Positions 39,381-53,039 of a stretch of DNA of 64,000 nt are shown one piece after another. The notes beneath the pieces are model-generated. The model had not been told where the DNA came from and made no database searches. It saw only the letters and a list, made by a program, of their open reading frames with translations. Both the position numbers and the translations under genes were made by a program. How positions within the stretch are numbered: the stretch's first letter is position 1; each line of letters starts with the position of its first letter. The stretch spans positions 51,150,001 to 51,214,000 of the forward strand of contig NC_043001.1 of the NCBI RefSeq assembly GCF_006345805.1. Direction: 5' to 3'. Source of the DNA: Octopus sinensis. Lineage: Eukaryota.

Positions 39381-40672
39381 TGAGGGGCGTTCAAAAAGTA
39401 ATGCCCCTGACCCATTTGCAATTGTTTGATATAGCTGAAATTTTGCATGTGCAATTATCAATATCTCTATAACTTAAGTGGCAAATTACAGCTCGGAACT
39501 AATTGTGGTCTCTGATTTGCAGGTGTTTGTACTGAGTCAAGTGTGAAATGGAGCCTGTTGAATGTCGAGCAATGATCCGGTTTTTGTATTTGAAAGGACG
39601 CACACCACGGGAGACTTTTGATGAAATGAAAGTAATTTGTGGTGATGATGCCCCAACATATGACCTTGTAAAACGCTGGCATCATGAATTCAAACATGGT
39701 CGGAACTCTGTGGAAACAGCTCCCAGATCTGGTCGCCCCACTTCTGCTATTGATGAGGCATCTGTCCATCAAGTTGAGGCTGCCATTTTGGAAGATCGAC
39801 GCATAACTATTCACCAAATAGCCCATGAGGTCAAGATTAGTACCGGGTCTGTGGAAACTATCATTCATGACCAATTGCATATGCAAAAGGTGCCTGCCAG
39901 ATGGATTCCCACGTTGCTCACACCTTTCCAGAAGCAAGAACGTGTCGAGTGCTCGAGGATGAATTTGGAGATGTGCCAAGAAGATGAGTCAAAATTTTTC
40001 AAAAGACTGATTACACAGGATGAAACCTGGGTCCATCACTATGATCCAGAGACCAAAGCCCAGTCAATGCAGTGGAAGCACCACGACTCACCTCCTCCAA
40101 AGAAGGCAAGGGTGCAGGCCTCCACTGGCAAGGTCATGCTCACAGTCTTCTGGGACCAGGACGGAGTAGTGATGACAGATTTCCTGACAAAGGGTACCAC
40201 AATTACAGGAGCCTATTATGCTTCACTTTTGAGGAAATTAAGAGAAGCTATCAAAATCAAGAGGCGGGGCAAGATCAGCAAAGGCATCCTCCTCCTGCAG
40301 GACAATGCTCCGGTCCACAACTCGCGTGTCGCCAGATCAGAAGCACAGGCGTGCGGCTATGAACTCTCCCCCATCCCCCCTACTCTCCTGACCTTGCACC
40401 CTCTGATTTTCACCTCTTCCCAGCCATGAAGTTGTTTTTGAAAGGAAAACGTTTCCCAGATGATGCAGCCTTGATTTCTGAAGTCACGTCGTGGTAGGTA
40501 GACCAGGCTGGGGTCTTCTACAAAAATGGTCTCCAGAGCTGCATCAAACAATGGGAGAAATGTGTAACTCTGGGTGGTTCCTATGTAGAAAAAGACTAAT
40601 AACTACGCCAAGTTTTGTTGCTCTACTGCTATGGGAAGTGGGTCAGGGGCATTAGTTATTGAACGCCCCTCA
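39381..40672 (+). mobile_element. Full-length mariner DNA transposon (DD34D, irritans-like), inactivated
   Basis: 1292 bp; 34-bp TIRs (tgaggggcgttcaaaaagtaatgcccctgaccca, 2 mismatches); TA at 39379-80 and 40673-74. Transposase starts at 39548 with WIPTLL, TQDETW, QDNA and, after a 1-bp deletion near 40366, YSPDLAPSD (34 residues between the last two Asp). Premature TAG at 40495; natural stop at 40597-99. Confidence 0.95.
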
Positions 40673-41304
40673 TAGTTTTCCACATTTGTCTATGGCCATA
40701 TTAGGATACTGCCTGTGAGAGTATTCCATTTACTTTTAAGATTCATTAACTCTTTAGTATTTGGCTTCTTCAGTCAAATATAATGTTTATTTATTCACAT
40801 TGCTTCAAATTAATTATGCATTATCTCATGGATTTGAAATTTCAGTGATATAATCATTAATTTTGCACTGATATCATAGGGTAAATGTGAGAAGTAGAGC
40901 ATGATCTGTTTGAACATAAAGCAAGTAGGTTATTTGGGTTGGATATAGCCAGATTAAATGTTAAAGAGTTAAATAAATCAATTCAATGTGATGAGCCAGC
41001 AGAATAATTAGCATGCTGGATAAAATTCTTAATAACATTTTTTATGGGTTTATATTCCGAGTTCAAATACTACCGAGGTTGACTTTGCCGTTCGTCCTTT
41101 TGGGTTTAATAAAATATTATTCCAGTCAAGCACTGGGGGCGATGTAGTTCACTAACCATCCCATTAAAATTACAGGCCTTGAGTCCACAGCAGAAAGCAT
41201 TAAAATAAAATTGACTCTAGTACTCATGCTTTATTTTTTTGACCACAGAAATGTTAAATCTCAGCGAAATTGGAACTCAAACTATAAAGAACCTTAACTA
41301 AATA

Positions 41305-42020
41305 TCACTGGCACAAAAAAAAAGCACCCAGCCTTTTGTTTGGAAGTGTCATTCAATTATTTTGATGGCTTGTAATTGTTGAACAAAGATGGTGCACTAG
41401 TTGACTGCTTGCTGTATTATCCTCACCAGATTGGCTAATTGTAAGATTGCACTGAGTGAAAGCCTCTAACCTCTTCTGCAAGATCACATACTCAACAGCA
41501 GAAAGACTGAAGATCGTGAAAGCATCTGTGAAAACAGGTTCTGGATAAAGGCTTACAAGCAAAGAGAATAAAATGTTGGTTAAGAAGTGGTACACAACAG
41601 GGTCAGTGAACAATGCCTCAAAAAAAGAGATCCTACAGTTTGAATGCAGGAAATTATTAAGGACATTCACCAAAGGATTATTAAAAGCCCAAAGAAAAGA
41701 ACACATAAATTGGCACAACAGTCTCACATAAGCAGATCATGCCAATAAGTGTTGAAAAGTCTAAATTTGAAGCCATGTCATTTCACATGTCTAAAGTTGA
41801 AGCTCTGCCATTTCACACATGTACAGTAATTAAAAGTGGATGACAAGAGCAAATAAGTAAATAACTGCACATGGCTTGTGGAGAGCAGTTAGAAGCAACT
41901 GAAATAACACAATAACACTTGCAAATAAAAGGTCAGGTGCTTTTTTAGGTGTGCATATATATTTCTGTATTTGCACTATGCTGCGGGACCTGGGTTACTT
42001 TTTCGTGGGCCACTCTGTAT
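41305..42020 (+). mobile_element. Decayed Tc1/mariner N-terminal fragment, probably internally deleted
   Basis: Frameshifted YSTAERLKIVKA / KMLVKKWYTTGSVNN / QEIIKDIHQRIIKSPKKRTHKLAQQ resembles transposase HTH regions; possible TIR ggttactttttcgtgggccactctgta near 41995-42020. Confidence 0.5.
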
Positions 42021-42224
42021 ATATGATGGGTTTCTTTTAGTTTCTTTCTACCAAATCCACTCACAATGCTTTGGTCAGTCAAGGGATATAGTAGAAGATT
42101 CTTGACCAAGGTGCAATGTAGTGGGATTGAAGCTTAATTATTTGATTGGGAAAAACTACAGAGTTAATTTTCATTGAAGCAGTTTACAACTGAGTCAATG
42201 ACATTATTAATCTTTCTTGAATAT

Positions 42225-42630
42225 AGCACAGGCATGGCTCTGTGGTAAGAAGCTTGTTTCCCAACCACATCATTCTGGGTTCAGTCCCACTGTGTGCACC
42301 TTGGCCAAGTGTCTTCTGCTATAGCCTTGGGGTGACCAAAGCCTTGTGAGTAGATTTGGTAGATAGAAACTGAAAGAAGCCCATCGTATGTGTGCGTGTT
42401 TGTGTGTGTGTGTCTTTGTGTCTGAGTTTATCCACCCCATGTGACAGCTAGTATTGGTGTGTTTATGTTCCCATAACATAGTGGATCAGCGAAAGAGATC
42501 GATAGAATAAGTATCGAGCTTTACTAAATAATAATAAGTACTGTGGTTGATAAGTTTTATTAAAATCCTTCAAGGTAGTGCTCTAGCATGGCCACAGTCA
42601 AATGGCCAAAACAGGTGAACGGTAAAAGAT
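42225..42630 (+). mobile_element. SINE family A copy
   Basis: Same motifs. Other plus copies at ~9834-9975 (head only), 26270-26480 (tail only), 45755-46120 and 63040-63440. Confidence 0.85.
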
Positions 42631-43070
42631 AGATAGTAAATAGAGCTTATAGATTCAGGATGTTAAACGACCGATCTACTCAATACTATTCAGGATCATA
42701 ATGGCTGCTGTGATCAAATTTGAGAAAGCTAAACCAGCTGACGTTACTCAAGAAAATTCAATATTAGTTGTTGTTGTTGTTGGTGTTGGTGACGGTAGTG
42801 GTGTTTTATTAACTTGCAGGTCTACGCAGTCAGACCTAGGATCAAAAATATTTTACTCTTAATCATCTGTTCTGTTTTTCTTTTTCTGGCATAATTTATC
42901 TAGAATTACATTTTCTAATATACAGTCCCTCCACCTTTTTTTTCCTCAAGACAATATTATATGATTTGATACAAATTTAGATGCAGTTTCTTTTAGGCCT
43001 AGTAAGCATTTAAATGCTCCCTAATTGACTCATTCAATATTTAGTTATGAATGAAGGAATGTACCCTTAC

Positions 43071-43120
43071 CTTTGTTGAAATCCCTAATGTACTTTATAC
43101 TGGATAACTTTGTACTGTCA
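43071..43120 (-). CDS. Cytoplasmic microexon 4 (50 nt, phase 2-1), YDSTKLSSIKYIRDFNK
   Basis: Acceptor cattatttctttctag|, donor AAAG|gtaagg; open frame fits both neighbours. Confidence 0.75.
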
Positions 43121-43887
43121 CTAGAAAGAAATAATGCAGAAAAATTAAATAGGCATTTTATGTACAACACAGGGTTAATCAAAAGGAGTAGAATAAATTG
43201 AAATTTTAGTAAAGCTTTTGTTGTGATAAGAAATTATAAGAACATAAATGCATACATTTTATGCTTTTGATGTGTGAGGAAAAGGGATTCGGGATACTTG
43301 ATATATCAAAATATGTTGACCACCCCCAAAGAAGATATAGTCAACTTCCTTCTACAATTAATAGTATAGAATATTCATCTGTTATATAAAGCAGTCATGC
43401 ATTAAGCTATTAGTAGGAGATAGCTTAATTTGCATAGTTATGTGTTAGAATGCTCATTATTAAATAACATATTTTAGGCACATAAGGCACAACAAAGTGT
43501 GAATCAGAAAGGCTGAAATAAATTCAAATATTAGAAAACCTGTAGTTGTCATGAAAAATTATAAGAATGTAAATACATTCCTTCTCTATTTTTGAATTGT
43601 GGGAAAAGAGATGAACAGACTTGTAATAAAGCATTTTTCGTTTTGTTGACCACTCCTTAGAAGTAACTTTCCCTCCTCAATCAACAGTAAGAATTCTCTT
43701 CTTTCACAGTTGATGGTTTTCTAATATTTAAAGTATTTCAATTTTTCAAAATTAGTTATTATAAACAAATTTAAAGCTTAATCAAGCCAAATGCAGCAGT
43801 GTTGTTAACTAAAAAGTTTTTTAGGCCATTATAAAATGCCTGAATGCATCATTTTATTAAAACAAAATATTTAATTAGTCATTCACA

Positions 43888-43957
43888 ATAATTACATAAT
43901 TACATTAAGAACATGCAACTATATATATATAATTACATAATTACATTAAGAACATGC

Positions 43958-43969
<12 letters not shown>
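43888..43969 (+). repeat. 41-bp tandem duplication
   Basis: ataattacataattacattaagaacatgcaactatatatat x2. Confidence 0.9.
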
Positions 43970-44007
<38 letters not shown>

Positions 44008-44237
44008 TCAATAACACATGCTACTTAAATACTTATACCATTTTATGTTACTTAATGACCTCTTCACATACAAACATTTAATTAAAGCATCAGGCAAGAC
44101 CGCATGATTAAAAAGTTTCTTTTGCAGCTTTGTGATATTTGGGTTTGATCTCTTTGTGTGTGGAACATTGAGAAAGTTTCACATTTAGTTGACCAACAAC
44201 TTGTGAGTGGGATTTGCTGGGTGGAAACTACAGTGAA

Positions 44238-44277
<40 letters not shown>

Positions 44278-44358
44278 AATGTAGGATAAATTTTTTCGAA
44301 AAAAATTTTATCAATGGCCAGCATATTAAAAAATACCTTTAAAGGTTAAAATTATAAA

Positions 44359-44631
44359 CAATTCATAAATAAGGGCAAACGAAAAAATTTCTAATGCCAA
44401 ATATGCCGAAAAATTGGACATATTGTCCATTAACCATATAATTTTTTCACTATATGCACACTACTCGAAAAAAGTTGGACAGAAATTTCTAAAAAATTCC
44501 ATTATTACCATATCGGACCGATTTCAGGGTTAGCTTATAACAGCCCTCCCTTAGTCAGTGATACATGTGGCAAAAGAAATAAATGAGATACTTAATGTCC
44601 AATCTTTTTGTTTGCCCTTATTTATGAATTG
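44359..44631. mobile_element. 273-bp MITE with perfect 22-bp TIR
   Basis: caattcataaataagggcaaac / gtttgcccttatttatgaattg, TA at 44632-33. Confidence 0.85.
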
Positions 44632-44677
<46 letters not shown>

Positions 44678-44929
44678 TATATACATATATATTATTTTTA
44701 TAATATTTGTATGTGTATTTCTATCTATCTATCTATACACACACATGCACACACACACACATATGTATATACAAATACATACAGTAAAAAGCTGAAATGG
44801 GTACCAGAATTGCAGGTGCTGGCACAGTAATGTGCTAGCTTCAAACTTTAATCTTCAGAAGAGAAGGGGTTGGCAAAAATACCTAACTTGTTAACTTTAA
44901 TTAGATTTTCATACCCACCCTAGTATGTG

Positions 44930-45335
44930 GTCATGAATGTTGGGTAATGGCTGAAGGAGTACTACAAGTGGCTGAAAGGCAATTCCTCTGAAAGATCTCT
45001 GGAGCAAAATTACTCAGCAGGGTGGGTAGCTCAGATATTAGGGTGTCTTTTTAGGTCAAGCCACAACTTCCCTCATTGAGAGGTCACAGCTCTGGTTCTA
45101 TGAACATCTGATTAGAATGCTACTAGAAAGAATTGTCAAATAGATTCTTCAAGCTGAGTTAACCAGGAGGAGACCTAGGAGTAGATCAAGAACAAGACAG
45201 CTGGATAATATTCGCAGTCTTAGTTGGTCATGCTAAGGAATCCAACTGGTAAATGTAATAACAGTTGCTTCAGATAGGACCCTATGGTGGAGTTGCTTGA
45301 AGACTCTATGTTCACAACCCTCCCAGGTATAGTGG
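44930..45335 (+). mobile_element. RTE (Expander/Rex3-like) LINE 3' fragment
   Basis: Frameshifted ERSQLWF.EHLIRM and RRPRSRSRTRQLDNI.SLSW...I.LV....VASDRTLW match the RTE C-terminal consensus. Confidence 0.65.
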
Positions 45336-46359
45336 CAAAGAAGATGGATGGATTGCTCAGGTGTGAGGGCATGCACAGTTGCAACATGATGCTACATTCA
45401 TCATTTGTCATTATATTCCTGGGTTCCCCTAGACGACCCATTAAGGAGAGTTCCTATCAGTCCCCATCTATATGAGACACCTGCTCATCTGCCATGACCA
45501 TATGGCATTTGGTTGACCAGCATAAGCTATCAATCCTGTTGGATCCTCAACGAAGGGAACAGCAGGGTCTAAGAAAATCAAGCAACATGGCCAAGCAGTT
45601 TGAGTTGGTGTTACTTATTCATACAAGATGGATGGATATCTATCTATCTGTCTGTCTGTCTGTCTGTCTGTCTGCCTGCCTGTCTGCCTACCTGTCTGTC
45701 TATCTATTCATCTATCTGTCTGTCGCTCCCCCCCCTCTATCTATCTATCTATTTCTGTGTGGTAAGTTTACTTCCTGGCCACATGGTTCCAAGTTCAGTC
45801 CCACTGCATGGCACTTTGGGCAAGCATCTTCTTCTATAACCTCGGGTCAACCAAAGCCTTGTGAGTGGATTTGGTAGATGGAAACTAAAAGAAGCCTGTC
45901 GTATATACATGTATCTATGTTTGTGTGTGTCTTTGTATTTGTGTTTCTCCTCCTATCACCGTTGATGTGTTTACATCCCTGTAACTTAGTGCTTCAGCAA
46001 AATGCTCCAATAAAATAAGTACTAAGCTTAAGAGATAAACCCTGGAGTTGATTTGTTTGACTAAAACCCTTCAAGGTGGTGCTCCAGCATGACTGCTGCC
46101 AAATGACTGAAACACGTAAAATACTATATATATATATGTTTATAGTGAGAGAGAGAGCTATGTTATATTTCTTTAGGAACATGGTAGAGTACAGTATAAA
46201 GGTCGTCCACCTTTAGAATTATCTAATACTATTGGTAGTATTAGTATATACTTCCAAGGTTAAATTTGGGCATTTATCATGAGTGAAATGTAAAATTGAA
46301 GAAATTGAGTCAAGAAGGAGTACAGATGGACATTTATTTATTATTCACTACAATTGTAT

Positions 46360-46436
46360 GGGAGTCGTCATGTGGGAGCCAGAATGCAAGGTTGGAGATA
46401 AGTAGACAGCATTCTGGCTCTCACATGACGACTCCC
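46360..46436. other. 77-nt near-perfect hairpin
   Basis: 28-bp arms gggagtcgtcatgtgggagccagaatgc / gcattctggctctcacatgacgactccc (one G-T pair), 21-nt loop; a third degenerate arm copy at 46437-46474. Confidence 0.9.
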
Positions 46437-47441
46437 GGAGTGATCATGTGAGAGTCAGCATGCAAGTTTGAAGAAAGAGAGATATGTATATGTGTGTGTG
46501 TGTATGTATATGTGGGTGCATGTATGTGTGTATAAGGGCATATATACATTGGTTTGTGTGGAAGAGTGTATGTCTGAGTCTCCGTGTGAGTATGTGTATA
46601 TGTATCTGACCACTGAATACTAAAGGTCAGCCTAAGAGATTCTTATATATGGCCAACCATGACAAACATACCAAGATACAAAAAATAGAAGACCAATCCC
46701 ATTTAAATGCCAGCCAGTACCAGCTACTACCATTCATAGCAGTCTGACAAACACATTCTCACAGCAAACACCATGGGTCTATCAGCCCTACTAAATTCAA
46801 ACTACGATGAACAGAGAAGATAGCCTTGAAGTTGATGATTTTAAACTAATGGAAACAACACTCATATATCACCTGAGGAAACACAACTAGATCTCATTAT
46901 GCAAACAAACAGTTGCATAATCAAATACCTGTATTCTTGGAGAACTACATTGCATTGCAACAATTGCAGCCAATAATAAATAAATCTCTAATAGTACTCC
47001 TTTTTCTTGACTCCAATTTCTTCAATATATACATTTAAAAGAGTGGATGTGTTTTTCTATCTCTCTTCTATCTTTTCTCTTTTCAAAAAAATGCTTCTCC
47101 CAGCATTCACTATTTTCCTCTTGTTCTGGTCTAATAACCTTCCATGTTTGTTTTTGTTTGGTTTCCTTTTATGTCTCCACTTTTACCTTCTATGAATCCT
47201 AAATTTATGGAAGCAATTGACTTTAAAGACTCATATTATCATTGAATGCTTGAAATAAGGAGTTGATAGACAGCTGACAACTGATGAAGAGTCCTTTTTC
47301 TATGTTTACTTGTCCTGTTTTCCATTTTATTTCTCATTGCTTATGTCTTTCACTCACTTTCCCCTTGTTTGTTTACATATTTCATGTTATTTGCATCATG
47401 GGTGATGTCCTGTACCCATATATGCTTGTGTGTGTGTGTGT

Positions 47442-47510
<69 letters not shown>

Positions 47511-48119
47511 AAAAGCAATTAAGATTCAAGTCAATTCTAATGAATTTACTTGAATACGGTACTTAACTTAGATGCACCAGAAAACTATATGGTGTTAACC
47601 ATACAGTAATGTGGGGTGATTATAAACGAGAAAGAAGCAACAAGAATGGATTAGTTTTTAGTACAATTGTTTCATACAAAGACAGGCTTTATTAAAAGTT
47701 GCAAAAATTGCAGCAGATAAAAGTGTCCCATACTCATCAGCTAAAATACATGTGAGTTCTCCAAACATCTTAGTGGGTGAGGCTATACTCATGAAGTATT
47801 GGAGATAATTTCATTAAAAGCAGATTTAGGTTGTAAACAGATTTCCAAAGTTCCTTAATGATGATGCACAGTCTTATCACAGGTTTTTAAAAAAAGCTTA
47901 TTAGCTTCACAGAGAAGGTGAATTAATCCGTAGTGTAGATGTAAATTTCCAGAGATATGAGGAGGAATTTCATACTCACAGACGATGAATTTATCCATGG
48001 TTAATCCACAATGAGGTGGGTATCATTTCATGCTATATGATAAGGTATTTGCCACATTACTGCTCTCTTCACAAGACTGCTAAGTTATGACTTCTAAAGG
48101 CTGAAGGAATTTTTTGTGG

Positions 48120-48310
48120 AGCAAAGAAAAGAAAAGAAAGGAAAGAGAAGAAAAGAGACAATGGAAAAGGAAATAGAAAAAAAGAAAAAAAGAAAAAGGA
48201 AAAAAGAAAAAAAGGAAAAGAAAAAGAAAAAAGGGGAGAAGAAAAGAAAAAAGAAAAAGAAAAGGAAAAAAAGGGAAAAGAAAAAAGGGAAAGAAGGGAG
48301 AAAAGAAAAA
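48120..48310. repeat. A/G-rich low-complexity tract
   Basis: (GAAAA)n-like; gives spurious poly-K and poly-F ORFs. Confidence 0.9.
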
Positions 48311-48368
48311 ACGCCCACATAGAGTATACTGTGATAACTTAGAGGGAAGGGGTTCTAAAGTGACTTAC

Positions 48369-48424
48369 TACACAGAAGAATTTGTAGACGGCCTGGCTGG
48401 CTTGAATTTGTAAGAATCCAGGAA
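48369..48424 (-). CDS. Cytoplasmic microexon 3 (56 nt, phase 0-2), FLDSYKFKPARPSTNSSV + split Tyr codon
   Basis: Acceptor atattctccttatag|, donor |gtaagt. Its terminal TA plus the T of the next exon gives TAT (Tyr). Confidence 0.7.
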
Positions 48425-49218
48425 CTATAAGGAGAATATTATTTTTGACCAGTAAAACAGCTATTTTATTGCCAACCTGTAGATATTGCCAACAAAGCAG
48501 ATATGAATCTAAAGAGAATCTAAAGAGATAACAAGGTCAGGGGTAGAGGGGTCAAAGGCTATCATCAAAAGGAAATACATTAAGAGAAAAAATCTAAGTG
48601 CAATCCTAACAAGAGGTCATTTAAATTTATTTATTTATTTATTCCTGTTACTGTCTTAAATTGTTGCCGTTACTATCAATACATTGACAGACTACAGGTC
48701 AAAACTTAGAAGTTAGTTATATTGAAATTTCTCATACTACTTTCAAGGGAGTAGCCTTACTTATTTAATTTTGTAATAGAATTATGAAGCCTAAGTAACT
48801 TATTTTATTAAAGTTGTGTTACCTAAATTAGATTAAATTAAAAATTAAAAATTAAAATTAAGAATTTAAAATTAAATAAAACTTCATTTAAGCAACGTAC
48901 AAGTACTATTTATTTCCTTATGCTCGAAATCAGGTGCAGTTATAAAGAAATTGCCTGAACAGGTGCACTGTGTACCATGCCAACAGGTGTTGAAGTGGCT
49001 GCAGAGCAACATGAGTTGAAGTGTTTTGCTCAAGAACACAATGGACCACCTGGTCTAGGAAATGAAACCATGATCTCGCAGTCATGAGTGCAACAGCCTA
49101 ACCACTAGACCATGTGCCCTCATACACACACACACACACATACAGAGAGAGAAAAAGCAGGAGAGAGACGGTCAGAGATATCCTCAGCCTGTATATACAC
49201 AACACACACACACACGCA

Positions 49219-49262
<44 letters not shown>

Positions 49263-51493
49263 GTGCATAAGCAATACATTAGATATAGCAGTGTTTAAAC
49301 CAAGCCCAGCTATGCCCCCAATCACATAATAACTGCAAGCCAATGAAGGAGGCTTCGGCATTGGTTGCTCTCTATAGACTACAATTAGCAACCAAATTTC
49401 TCTCATATTACATCCTGTTGTTTCAAAAAAGTCACACTGGATTATATAGTCCTTGATATGCTATGTCTTAAACAAAAGAAAAAGATACGATGGTCATTGC
49501 TGAATCATTTGCGTTCTTAAGTCAGTTTGCTTATGATTGACATAAAGCTTTAAAAAGCAACCACAAAAGCCAGCTAAAAAGAGCATAAAATAACATACTT
49601 TGCTGCATCATAAACAGCACATGACCTATACCCACAGATAAGGTGCATAATGAAATCACAAATAAAAAATATAGCAGGCATGATGTGTCATGTAATCAAT
49701 ATTATTTTTAGTTTTTATTAATGATCTTCTGGATGATATCATGTTTAAACTTGTCAATCTCTTCTTGCTTGACTGAGGAACATTTGACTTGTATGATTGA
49801 GTGAAAATGATCAGTTTTCTGAAACTTAATTTGTGTTACTTTCAGCTCAGTAAAAACTAAACTTTTTTTCCCCCATTAATCATTAAAGAATTATGATGGT
49901 ATTCCTATTTCTCTGTCTGACATCGGTTTTTTTTTGTGTGTGTGTTTTTCAGTCTTCTTGTCTTTATGTTTTAAGTTTAACTTTATCTAAAGATCTTAAC
50001 TGGAATGATTAATCCTTTAGCATTCAAATTCCTGTGAAATGTGATGCTTATTTCTTCATATTATTTCAAATTGATTATGTATTTTCTTGTAGCATCAAGA
50101 TTTTGATGATGTGATTGTTTATTTTTACAATGACACAGTAGGGCAGGTGTAAGAAGCCAGATCTAGCTTGTCTGAGCATAAAACAAGAATATTTGGATTA
50201 GATATGGCCTATTTAAATGCTAAAGGGTTACATTAGAACTAATGTTAAATCAACCATTACGAATGTTAATTCATTATATTGAGCTCATCACTTTGTTTTC
50301 TTCAAATGTACTGTTCATTGTTATGACTCTCTTATTTACTTTTGTATGGAATGCTGTTGGTACACTTAGGCTGGTGATCTTTCTCTCTTTTGTTCAAAAC
50401 CAATATTCTAACCATACAGGTTCTGTTTTGGCAGTAAAACTTCAACCCCACTCTCATAACCATTACATTGCTTCTTTATCTCTATTCTATAAATACTTCT
50501 GTGATTATTGTCCTACCAGACTTTCATTCCTTGTACCATCTCTTCTTAAGATTATTACATGAGTGACTCATCTTTCTGCTAAATCTTATCCCTTCAACAT
50601 TATCTCCTACTCTAAGAAGTGTTCCTATTCCAGTAGTTTCTTTCCTGAACTATCTGTCTTTTGAAATTCTCTTTCTTGTTTTCTAGATAAATATGATATA
50701 AAACTCTTTAAGTCCTGTGCTGATTATTTTATAATTCTTAAGACAACCCATTTTCTTTATATTTTCATACATATAGATTTTTACCGCTTTCTTTTCTAAC
50801 TTCCAAGATACTAAGTAGTTGTTTTAAACTTGTTTTGATTTATTCTTACTAGTAACTTGCCACCTTGTTAAGAATGACTTCCAATAAAATAAAAAAAAAT
50901 TTATATGCTTTAACATTCAGATTATTCTATCAAATGCAATGCTTATTTATTTCCATTGTTTTGAATTAATCATATATTATCCTGTGGCTTTGAGATTTCA
51001 CTGAAGTGATTGTTTATTTTTAGAATGACCTCATAGGGTCGGTGTAAGAGACTGAGAGATAAAATTCCAAACTTGAAGTAACTAGTGGGTTTGATATCAT
51101 CAACTAAAACCTACCAAGGCATTGCACCACATTGAATGAATGAAACATAAAAGAATAGAGAATAAAGGAATTTCTTAATATGTATACATAGACTGTCACA
51201 CATTCATATATATTATGTATGTATATATATTAACCATTATCATCATTGTTTCAACACCCACTTTTCCATGTTCACATGGAGAAAGATTCTTGACTAGTTT
51301 AAGCATAAAATAGGTAGAATATTTTGGCTGGATATGGCTGGTTTAAATGCTAAAGGGTTAAAGTGGAATTAATGTGAGATCTAAAAGTCATTAAGAGGGC
51401 CCATTCTGTGAGTGAATTAAAGACCATCTATTTCAATGGTTCTGAAATGGCATACCACAGAATTTTGGATTTCTAAAAATATAATTTAATGTA

Positions 51494-51889
51494 GACGCAG
51501 GAGTGGCTGTGTGGTAACTAGCTTGCTTACCAACCACATGGTTCCAGGTTCAGTCCCACTGTGTGGCATCTTGGGCATCTTCTACTATAGCCTTGGGCTG
51601 ACCAAAGCCTTGTGAGTGGATTTGGTAGACGGAAACTGAAAGAAGCCTGTCATATCTATGTATATAAATATATGTGTGTGTGTGTGTGTGTTCATCTCCC
51701 TAGCATTGCTTGACAACCAATGCTGGTGTGTTTATGTCCCTGTCACTTGGTGGTTCGGCAAAAGAGACCAATAGAATAAGTACTAGGCTTACAAAGAATA
51801 AGTCCCAGGCTCGATTTGCTCGACCAAAGGCGGTGCTCCAGCATGGCCACAGTCAAATGACTGAAACAAATAAAAGAGTAAAAGAGTAA
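51494..51889 (+). mobile_element. SINE family A copy
   Basis: Complete head to taaaagagtaaaagagtaa tail; partial copies follow at ~52145-52305 (+) and ~52315-52510 (-). Confidence 0.9.
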
Positions 51890-53039
51890 TGCTTTGGGAA
51901 ATCTGTACTAATGCTTGAATATCTTGAAAACCATATGTTATTTATAATTGTGTTATATAAACAAAGGTACGCAACAGTTCTGGATATTGCAGTAGCAATC
52001 TGTGCTGCATCTTTAGCAATCTTGGGTTTTTCTGGCCTTTGGAATAATAATGAATCATTGAAGTTAGGGCAGCTAAAGTTCAGTTTAAGTTTGTTTAGAT
52101 TAATAACATTAGATTAATGGATGTAGGTAGGTGTGTGTCTATACAGGCATGGCTGTGTGATTAAGAAGTTTGTTTTCCAACTTCATCCATATGGTTTCAG
52201 GTTTGTCTAACTGCATGACACTCTTGGAAAGTGTCTTCTCCCGCAGCCCTGGGCTGACCAAAGCCTTGACTAGATTTGATTGACAGAAACTGAAAGAAGC
52301 CTGTCATATCTTTTAGTTGTTTCAGTCAGTAGACTGTGGTCATGCTGGGGCACCACCTTGAATTTTTAGTCAAATGAATCGACCCCAGTACTTATTTTTT
52401 AAAGCCTGGTACTTATTCTATTGGTCTCTTTTGCTGAACTAAGTTACGGGGACGTAAACACACCAATACTGGTTGTCAAGTGGTGATGGGGGACAAACAA
52501 TACAGACACATGCATACACACCACACACACACACACACATACACAATATTAGATTAGTGAAGAACTCCAGGTATCCTTGTGGTAGGGTCCAAGTTATGGA
52601 GTTCATCACTAATCTAACTAATAGTGTCAGCCTGGTATGCCAACAGAGAGCTTATGAAGTATTCTACCTGGATTAATAATCCATCACTATTTATTTTGTT
52701 ATATATGAGTATATATATTATTCGAATTTACAGAAAACAAATGACTTAGACAGGTGAAGGAACAACAAGCAAGTGTATTAGTTTAACACTTGGGAAGAGT
52801 GGAAAAGTCTTTGATGTTTTGAGCATATGCTCTTTGACAGAAAGAATTGAGAGGAAAAAAGAGAGAGAAAAATGTGTAGGGATTAATAGTTCAACATGAT
52901 GAAATCAGACCATGCTTGTGAAAAGACCCTAAATGATGGTGCATATGCAACTGCACATTCTCTATGCTGCAGAAACACATGTTGGTCATTTATCTAACTA
53001 ATTATGTTGTATAATTAGCAATTAAAATTAAAAGAACAT

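Noticed and set aside
39467-40551. Overlapping ORFs 39467-39979(-), 40072-40362(+), 40357-40551(-)
   Set aside because: Antisense and alternate-frame shadows of the mariner transposase.
50242-50562. 106-aa hydrophobic plus-strand ORF and similar ones (47007, 51911, 58207)
   Set aside because: Compositional ORFs in T-rich intron with no motifs or splice support.
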